The position numbers and the translations under genes are program-made. From the NCBI GenBank assembly GCA_965216875.1, contig OZ244207.1:7296001-7360000 (forward strand): a stretch of DNA of 64,000 nt, read 5' to 3'. Positions 57,274-64,000 of the stretch are shown piece after piece. This stretch comes from Rubripirellula sp. (GTDB lineage: Bacteria > Planctomycetota > Planctomycetia > Pirellulales > Pirellulaceae). Below the pieces are notes generated by a model that was not told the DNA's origin, did not search any database, and saw only the letters and a program-made list of their open reading frames with translations. How positions within the stretch are numbered: position 1 is the first letter of the stretch; the number at the start of each line of letters is the position of its first letter.

Positions 57274-58199
57274 GGTAGTGTCTTCTTCGTTGCCAACTGC
57301 CGCGCATGAACCAAGAACGCGTTGGCGGCTTCGTAGTCAGGGCGATCAGGCAATTGGGTGTCTTGGTAGGCTCTCGAGAAATCGTCGTGCAATCCGCGTC
57401 GGATCGTTTCAACTTCATCCCACGCCAGCTCACCTCGTTTGATCGCCAACAATTGCTCGCGCTGGTCGCCAACGTCCACGCGGATTTCGTTTTCGGTCAG
57501 GACGTGAATGCCGGATCGCAAAAGGCGAATCAAGTGCATCACGTGTTTCCATTTCACTTTTCCCTGATTGCGGATGTCCGTTTGCATCTTTTTGAATTGG
57601 GATGCGACGTAACCGCTGTAGGTTTGAAACACCAATTTGGAGAGAAACATTTCTCTGCGGTCGAGCAATTCTTGCGCGAGTGGCGTGACGGTTTCAACTA
57701 ACGGAGTGTAGAGGCATTCAAGGATGTTTGGGTTCGCCTTGAGCGCCATCACGATGAATTTCTGCAGCTCCCAATACGCCTCTTCGGTCGCATCGTTTTC
57801 AAGCTGCTCTGGTACACCGAAGAGCGACCAGTGCAGCTCGGCCGGCGGCAGATAGATGCCGCGCCGATCCGTGTCGGATGCCTCATCGTCAAGGCCGAAC
57901 GCCCGCGAACCGACGACACAGCGATAGATGACGCGATTGAACAACCCGTGGCTCGAGAGCGTGCACTTGGCGTCACCTTTCTTGTAGTCGGCCAAAGAGA
58001 CGAGTTGCTCGTGGCGCAGCGGGGCCTCGAAGCCATCAAGGAATTTCACGCGATAGGCGTGCCGACGATCGATCGGCGCGCGGACAACGACGCCCACCGC
58101 ACCGGCCGGATGAGCGACTTCGCCGGTCGATCCGTTGACTTGTTTTTGCGTGACGACCTGAGTGCCGACGCTAAAGAGAAGATGAGATGGTTCCGACAT
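57270..58199 (-). CDS. Pol-beta superfamily nucleotidyltransferase (RlaP-like) with extra N-terminal domain
   Basis: GSRAFGLDDEASDTDRRG, WELQKF, NPNILECL, KHVMHLIRLL, LPDRPD; ATGA overlap with the downstream gene. Confidence 0.88.
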   Translation of the reverse strand: MSEPSHLLFSVGTQVVTQKQVNGSTGEVAHPAGAVGVVVRAPIDRRHAYRVKFLDGFEAPLRHEQLVSLADYKKGDAKCTLSSHGLFNRVIYRCVVGSRAFGLDDEASDTDRRGIYLPPAELHWSLFGVPEQLENDATEEAYWELQKFIVMALKANPNILECLYTPLVETVTPLAQELLDRREMFLSKLVFQTYSGYVASQFKKMQTDIRNQGKVKWKHVMHLIRLLRSGIHVLTENEIRVDVGDQREQLLAIKRGELAWDEVETIRRGLHDDFSRAYQDTQLPDRPDYEAANAFLVHARQLATKKTLP

Positions 58200-58269
58200 G
58201 TCCTCGCCTGATTATGAATGTCCAGCCTATTTGACCAGCAAACGCCGCCGGGATGTGGCAGCGTCAGTA

Positions 58270-58297
58270 AACCACGAATAACACGGATCACACGAAT
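58270..58297. repeat. Family F repeat half (9-bp periodic)
   Basis: aaccacgaataacacggatcacacgaat. Confidence 0.6.
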
Positions 58298-58420
58298 GAG
58301 CATGATCAGCACTGGGCAAGCCGGGACTCTTTTTTGCCCCTTCCCCGCTTGGTCGTGGGGCGAACTATGCTGGAGGCCGTTTTCTTGACTGACCCGCCCC
58401 ATTGCCCACGCTCGCTGCGA

Positions 58421-61400
58421 ATGAATCTCCGCTCTTTCCTAGCCATGACGGTGGCCCTTGTGCTGTTGCTCCCGGTTTCCGGAGAAATTGCCCATGGACA
58501 AAACCGTGTTGCGGCCGAACCGATCGTCGGTCTTCGCGAGAACCGCCCAACTCAGTTCGCGTTGACCAATGCGCGGATCGTTCTGTCGCCAACGGAGACG
58601 TTGGCGATGGGAAGTGTCTTGATTGATCGCACTTCGATCCTCGCGGTCGGCCCGGACGTTTCGATTCCCAACTCCGCCATCCAAATTGACTGTCGCGACA
58701 AGACGATCTATCCGGGGTTCATCGATGCCTTTGGCGAAATCGAAGTTGCACGGACCGACGGTGAATCGGGGCATTGGAACAAGCACATCGTTCCAGAGCG
58801 ATCGGCTGGGACCATTGCTGCAAGCTCGCTCGAGTCGAAGGCGAAGTTTCGTTCACAGGGCTTTGCCACAAAACTTGTAGCGCCCGATGACGGCATCCTC
58901 AAGGGAACGAGTTGTGTGGTGTTGCTTGGCAGTGATGAGGGCGGGCGATCACTACTGAAAGATCGCGTTTGGCATCACATGGAACTGTCCGTGCCGCGAC
59001 GCAACCCTGGCGAGCGATATCCCAACTCGCCAATGGGGGCCACCGCCCTGCTGCGACAAACGCTCTACGACGCGAATTGGTACCGTGACGCGTGGAACGC
59101 GTACCGGGCACAACCACAATTACCTCGGCCTGAAACGAACCTAGCACTGGCGGCCTTGGCCGATTCGATGGGGACTGCCACGTTTGTGGTGGATGCTCCC
59201 AACGAACGCATGGCACTTCGCGCTGATTCGATTGCCAAGGAATTCTCGCTCGACGTCATCTTGCGAGGTTCCGGCCGCGAGTACCGACAGCTCGATGAGA
59301 TTGCGGCAACGAACCGACCGGTTTTGGTTCCGGTCGACTTTCCTGAGAAGCCCGATGTGAAAACGAGCCGCGCCGAGCGCGGTACGACGCTGCGTGACTT
59401 GATGCATTGGGATCTGGCGCCAACCAATCCAGGATTGCTACACGCCAAGGGTTTGCAAATCTGCTTGACCACCGATGGGCTTGATGACGTTGGCGCGTTT
59501 CACAAACGCGTTGCAACCGCGGTCGAAAGAGGGCTTCCCAAACAGGCCGCACTGGCCGCGATCACGACGACGCCTGCTCGATTGTTGGGGATCGATGAGG
59601 TGACAGGCCGAATCGGATCTGGAATGCTCGCCAATTTGGTGATCACTGACGGCGATCTCTTTGATTCCGATACCAAGATTTTGGAAACCTGGGTCGCTGG
59701 AGAGCGTTTTGAAGTCACCACCAAGAAAGGAACCAGCGCCGGTCAATTTGCTGGTCATTGGGAACTACGATTTCGCAGCGGCAAACAGACGGTCCAGGTG
59801 ATCGCTGAGATCACAGAGAAGGAGGACAAACTGGAAGCGAAACTTAGTCCAACAGATTCGCTTGTCAAAAATAAGGACGAAAACAAAACGGACGACGAGG
59901 AAGAGGAAAAGCCCATCAAGCTTTCCAATGTCGAGTTCGAGCATGAGTTGTTCACCGCTTCGATCGACCTGAGCGGTCTCGACGAGGCCTACCCATCGGG
60001 TGTGAGCCGTCTTGAAGTGATTGCGACCGGCCAGCCAACCGAATTGTCAGGATCGGTCCACCTGCCAACGGGCGAGACGGTCGCACTGACAATTTCTAGG
60101 ACGCCTGAGCCTAAAGAGTCCCAAGAGCCCAAAGAGTCCCAAGAGCCAGAGGACGAGGAAGAAAACTCTGAGAAAACGGACGAAGACTCGGCCAGGGACA
60201 AAGACGAAAACGAATCGGACGATCCCAAACAACAGGATGAACCAACCTCTCATGACACGCTCGCGGCCACACCCATCAATCATCCCCTCGGCGCGTATGG
60301 TCGACTTGAACCACCGGCGCTAACGCCACATTTCATGTTGCGTGGAGCAACCGTTTGGACCTGTGCCGAAGATGGCAAGATCGAAAACGGTGATGTTCGC
60401 GTCAAAGACGGCGCGATTGTTGAAGTCGGCGCCGACCTTGAGGTACCAAAGGGTTGCGTTGTGATCAACGTGGGCGGAAAACACATCACGCCCGGACTGA
60501 TTGATTGTCACTCACATATGGGCACGGACGGTCACGTCAACGAATCGGGACAAGCGATCACCGCAGAAGTTCGGATCGGCGATTTTGTTGATAACAGCGA
60601 CATCACGATCTATCGCCAACTTGCCGGTGGCCTGACCACATCGAACATTCTGCATGGATCGGCAAATCCGATCGGAGGTCAAAACCAAGTCATCAAACTC
60701 CGCTGGGGTGACACGATGGAAGGGATGCGAATGACCGAAGCGCCCGCCGGAATCAAATTCGCTCTCGGCGAGAATGTCAAACGTTCGACGTCCCGTTATC
60801 CGAACACGCGAATGGGTGTTGAACAAATCATTCGTGACCAGTTGCTCGCCGCTCGCGAATACGATGCACGGTGGCGAGCTTGGCGACGCGGCCAACGCGA
60901 TTCGCTGCCACCACGAGTCGACCTTCAGTTGCAGGCACTTTCGGAGGTGCAGCGAGGCGAGCGGTGGATTCATTGCCACAGTTATCGCCAAGACGAGATT
61001 CTGGCCACGCTGGACGTGTTGGAAGAATTTGGGATCCAAATCGGAACGCTGCAACACATTCTGGAAGGCTACAAGGTTGCCGACCGCATGGCGAAGCATG
61101 GGGCAATGGGTTCCGCGTTTTCAGATTGGTGGGCCTACAAGTTCGAAGTCTTTGACGCGATTCCGTACAACGGGGCGCTGATGCACAACCAAGGCGTCGT
61201 CGTTTCCTTCAACAGCGACGACCGCGAACTCGGACGCCATTTGAATACCGAAGCGGCCAAGGCCACGAAGTATGGAGAGGTGCCCGAGGAGGAAGCCCTC
61301 AAGTTCGTGACATTGAATCCCGCGAAACAGCTGCGAATCGATGACTACGTCGGATCGATCGAAGTTGGCAAACATGCGGATTTGGTCGTCTGGAGTGGGC

Positions 61401-61663
61401 GGCCTTTGTCAACGATGTCGCGATGTGAACAAACATGGATCGATGGCAAACGCTACTTTGATCTCGAAAGCGACTCGAAGCTGCGTCAACGGGATGCTGA
61501 CCTGCGTGCTCGACTCGTTCAGAAAGCACTCGACGCAAAGTCCGGCAAAGAGAAGGACAAGAACAAAGAAGGGGAAGTCGACGAGGAAGACCGCTGGGTT
61601 CGTTACGACGCCTTCTGTACCGCACATGGATCGGCCGCTCGAAAAGAAAGGAGCCGCAACTAA
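58421..61663 (+). CDS. Secreted double-domain amidohydrolase-family protein
   Basis: Signal peptide; first barrel PGFIDAF (no HxH), second PGLIDCHSH, KFALGEN, HCH, QH, NSDD; acidic linker. Confidence 0.9.
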   Translation: MNLRSFLAMTVALVLLLPVSGEIAHGQNRVAAEPIVGLRENRPTQFALTNARIVLSPTETLAMGSVLIDRTSILAVGPDVSIPNSAIQIDCRDKTIYPGFIDAFGEIEVARTDGESGHWNKHIVPERSAGTIAASSLESKAKFRSQGFATKLVAPDDGILKGTSCVVLLGSDEGGRSLLKDRVWHHMELSVPRRNPGERYPNSPMGATALLRQTLYDANWYRDAWNAYRAQPQLPRPETNLALAALADSMGTATFVVDAPNERMALRADSIAKEFSLDVILRGSGREYRQLDEIAATNRPVLVPVDFPEKPDVKTSRAERGTTLRDLMHWDLAPTNPGLLHAKGLQICLTTDGLDDVGAFHKRVATAVERGLPKQAALAAITTTPARLLGIDEVTGRIGSGMLANLVITDGDLFDSDTKILETWVAGERFEVTTKKGTSAGQFAGHWELRFRSGKQTVQVIAEITEKEDKLEAKLSPTDSLVKNKDENKTDDEEEEKPIKLSNVEFEHELFTASIDLSGLDEAYPSGVSRLEVIATGQPTELSGSVHLPTGETVALTISRTPEPKESQEPKESQEPEDEEENSEKTDEDSARDKDENESDDPKQQDEPTSHDTLAATPINHPLGAYGRLEPPALTPHFMLRGATVWTCAEDGKIENGDVRVKDGAIVEVGADLEVPKGCVVINVGGKHITPGLIDCHSHMGTDGHVNESGQAITAEVRIGDFVDNSDITIYRQLAGGLTTSNILHGSANPIGGQNQVIKLRWGDTMEGMRMTEAPAGIKFALGENVKRSTSRYPNTRMGVEQIIRDQLLAAREYDARWRAWRRGQRDSLPPRVDLQLQALSEVQRGERWIHCHSYRQDEILATLDVLEEFGIQIGTLQHILEGYKVADRMAKHGAMGSAFSDWWAYKFEVFDAIPYNGALMHNQGVVVSFNSDDRELGRHLNTEAAKATKYGEVPEEEALKFVTLNPAKQLRIDDYVGSIEVGKHADLVVWSGRPLSTMSRCEQTWIDGKRYFDLESDSKLRQRDADLRARLVQKALDAKSGKEKDKNKEGEVDEEDRWVRYDAFCTAHGSAARKERSRN

Positions 61664-62931
61664 TGTTGACTCGACTCTCCATATTGATCGCAGCACTCGG
61701 TCTCGTTGCGTGTCCAGTTGCCTCGGCAAGCGACCAGATTCCTGGTGCTCCTCAGTCACGTCCGATCGTGATTCGAGGTGGCACGGTGCACGTTGTTGAT
61801 GGTCCCGCGATCGAACAAGGCGCCGTCCTGTTTGACAACGGAGTGATCACCGCAGTTGGCAAGAAGGTTGCCGTTCCTGAAAAGGCGATCGAAATCGACG
61901 CTACGGGAAAACACGTCTATCCAGGTTTGATCGAGTCCATCACCGACCTTGGCCTGAGAGAGATTTCCGCCGTCGATGCAACGGACGATCGCACGGAGTA
62001 CGGGCGCGTGAACCCGAATGCCCGGTCGTGGGTTGCCGTCAATCCGGACAGCGAACTCATTCCCGTTGGCCGAGCCAGCGGCGTGTTGGTTGCGATGACA
62101 GCACCACGTGGCAGATGGATGCGCGGGCAGTCGGCAGTCATTCAACTCGATGGTTGGACGGTCGACGAGATGACATTGTTGGCCCCCGCCGGATTGTGTG
62201 TCGATTGGGGCGCGATGCCACGAGAACGAGAGAACTTTGATGATCTCCTCGAGCAAGCCAAGAAGCACCGAATCGCTCTCAAAGAAGATCCGTTGACGCC
62301 CACCGACGTGCGACTCGAGTCGCTGCTGCCTTTGATTGATCGTCAGTTTCCATTGATTGCCGAAGCGGATCGCCAGCATGAAATTGAGTCGGCAATTGCT
62401 TATGCACAAAGCCAGAACTTGCGGCTTGTCATCTACGGTGGGTACGACGCCGAGCGATGTGCGGCCCTTCTGAAGCGGCATGACGTTCCAGTGATCGTTG
62501 ACGGCACGTATCGGTTGCCGATTCGGCGAGATGATCCTTATGACGCTTCGTACACGCTCCCAAGTCGACTTCAGCGAGCGGGTGTGACGTTCGCGTTGGC
62601 TGGCGCCGGCGGAGGTTCGCCAGGTGGCGCCGCAGCAACAAGGAACCTGCCGTTTCATGCGGGCAACGCGGTTGCCTATGGCTTGACGCAACGTGACGCC
62701 GTTCGAGCGATCACCTTGTCAGCTGCAGAGATCCTTGGCGTTGCCGATCGCGTCGGTTCATTGACCGTAGGCAAAGACGCGACACTCATTATCGCCGATG
62801 GCAATATTCTGGAAACGGAAACCAATGTCACCAGCGCCTACATCCAAGGGCGCTCGGTCGACTTGAGCAGCAGACACCGAATGTTGTACGAAAAATACAA
62901 GACCAAGTATTTGCGTCGACCGCCGCGCTAG
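61663..62931 (+). CDS. Secreted amidohydrolase-like protein, probably non-catalytic
   Basis: TAATG overlap; PGLIESITDLG lacks HxH; GSLTVGKDA. Confidence 0.88.
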   Translation: MLTRLSILIAALGLVACPVASASDQIPGAPQSRPIVIRGGTVHVVDGPAIEQGAVLFDNGVITAVGKKVAVPEKAIEIDATGKHVYPGLIESITDLGLREISAVDATDDRTEYGRVNPNARSWVAVNPDSELIPVGRASGVLVAMTAPRGRWMRGQSAVIQLDGWTVDEMTLLAPAGLCVDWGAMPRERENFDDLLEQAKKHRIALKEDPLTPTDVRLESLLPLIDRQFPLIAEADRQHEIESAIAYAQSQNLRLVIYGGYDAERCAALLKRHDVPVIVDGTYRLPIRRDDPYDASYTLPSRLQRAGVTFALAGAGGGSPGGAAATRNLPFHAGNAVAYGLTQRDAVRAITLSAAEILGVADRVGSLTVGKDATLIIADGNILETETNVTSAYIQGRSVDLSSRHRMLYEKYKTKYLRRPPR

Positions 62932-62933
62932 GC

Positions 62934-63998
62934 TCACTTCGGAAGCGTGACGTAAACCAATGCCAAGAGTGCCATGAGTGTCAGTACCGCGGTCATTCGT
63001 GGGGCCCAGCGATCTTTGGCAGACAGCTTTCGATCGGCTCGGATCCCGCGGGCCCACAGGATGAACGACGATCCGATCATGATCGTTAACACATTGACGC
63101 TGACGAGCAAGATTGGCCCAATGATGGGAACGCCATTCTCGTTGGAATTGAATTCGCCGAATGCGATTTGTAATCCGGCCGTTGCGATTGGCGGAACCAA
63201 GGCAGCCGCGATGGCGGCGCCGGCAAGGGCACTCGACAAATGGCTCCGCGTTCGTGCGTAGGATGCAGCCATGCCTCCCACCAATCCAACACAGAAGTCC
63301 AGCGGTGATGGCCGACATCGGGCCCACATTTCGCTTGTGGTTTCAATGTCTTTCATCACTGGAACATTCAACAACTCTTGCAGGAAGCGGACCAGCAGCC
63401 CAAAAGCAATGCAGGTGAGAAGTGCGCCGAAGAATCCCATCGTGATGGTGACGAGCGACGACCGGAACAGTGGTCTGTTGCCATGAGTGAGGGCGAGTCC
63501 CGCACCCAGAATCGGTGTCATCAACGGGGCGATCAACATTGCGCCGATCACCACCGCGGCTGAATCTTGAAGCAAACCAAACGCGGCCAGCATCGAGGAT
63601 GCCGAGATGAGGCCGAGAAATTCAAGATTGGGAAGTGAACCGCTTTCCAAATCATTCGCCAAGTGAATGCGTTGTTCGCGGTCCATCGGTGGGGCGACCG
63701 AAGCCGACCATTTTTTGATTTTGGCGCCCAAGGTGTCTTTAAGTGATTCGCCGCCGCGTACAACTCCGAGCGATGTCGCACATTCGTTTTCGAGCATCCT
63801 GAGCGCGACGCGATAGACGGGATCGTCTCGATGAACGGTTGCGACACCGACCAACACGAGATCGCCCGATCGATCCGCAGCCATCTCGACCCTGCGCGTC
63901 ATGGTCGTGACCACCTCTTCGATCAATGGTTCATCAACTCCGCCCTCAAGCGAACCGTTGCCCTCAAACGAACCGGCGTCTTCGAACGGATCGGGTAA
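62934..63998 (-). CDS. DUF389-family membrane protein (5' end beyond window)
   Basis: GLLQDSAAVVIGAMLIAPLMTP, LAGAAIAAALVPP; frame is open to the window edge. Confidence 0.88.
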   Translation of the reverse strand, partial: LPDPFEDAGSFEGNGSLEGGVDEPLIEEVVTTMTRRVEMAADRSGDLVLVGVATVHRDDPVYRVALRMLENECATSLGVVRGGESLKDTLGAKIKKWSASVAPPMDREQRIHLANDLESGSLPNLEFLGLISASSMLAAFGLLQDSAAVVIGAMLIAPLMTPILGAGLALTHGNRPLFRSSLVTITMGFFGALLTCIAFGLLVRFLQELLNVPVMKDIETTSEMWARCRPSPLDFCVGLVGGMAASYARTRSHLSSALAGAAIAAALVPPIATAGLQIAFGEFNSNENGVPIIGPILLVSVNVLTIMIGSSFILWARGIRADRKLSAKDRWAPRMTAVLTLMALLALVYVTLPK

Positions 63999-64000
63999 GA

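Noticed and set aside
1..64000. Prophage, integrase, transposase (including RAYT), tRNA or rRNA genes
   Set aside because: No ORF or sequence with such signatures was seen, and no obvious compositional island by eye

Overview
64 kb of bacterial chromosome, almost certainly a planctomycete of the Pirellulaceae (LERRQLLA export motif plus dockerin, sulfatase, ECF-sigma/Ser-Thr kinase pair, orphan TadE/TadG genes). It contains about 47 protein genes; I see no rRNA, tRNA, CRISPR array, prophage or transposase. Housekeeping and metabolic genes are dxr, rseP, iaaA, sthA, a nitrilase-family hydrolase, a DapA-like aldolase, a sulfatase and amidohydrolases. Signalling is dense: three HD-GYP proteins, two histidine kinases (one apparently a sensor-less pseudokinase), five receiver proteins, two ECF sigma factors and a Ser/Thr kinase. 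Most notable: (1) a translationally coupled pair of RlaP/YcgL-type Pol-beta nucleotidyltransferases with no RNA-repair partner; (2) intergenic mosaics of several unrelated REP-like palindrome families stacked in a conserved order; (3) a duplicated HD-GYP pair with C-terminal Ala-Ala ends flanking a tiny HPGHG membrane protein; (4) a dockerin-bearing animal-type heme peroxidase divergent from an ECF/kinase pair; (5) a selenoprotein-N-like thioredoxin-fold gene heading a two-component operon; (6) a 1137-aa Gly-rich protein resembling an uncharacterised fungal family. All family calls come from reading motifs by eye, not from database searches.
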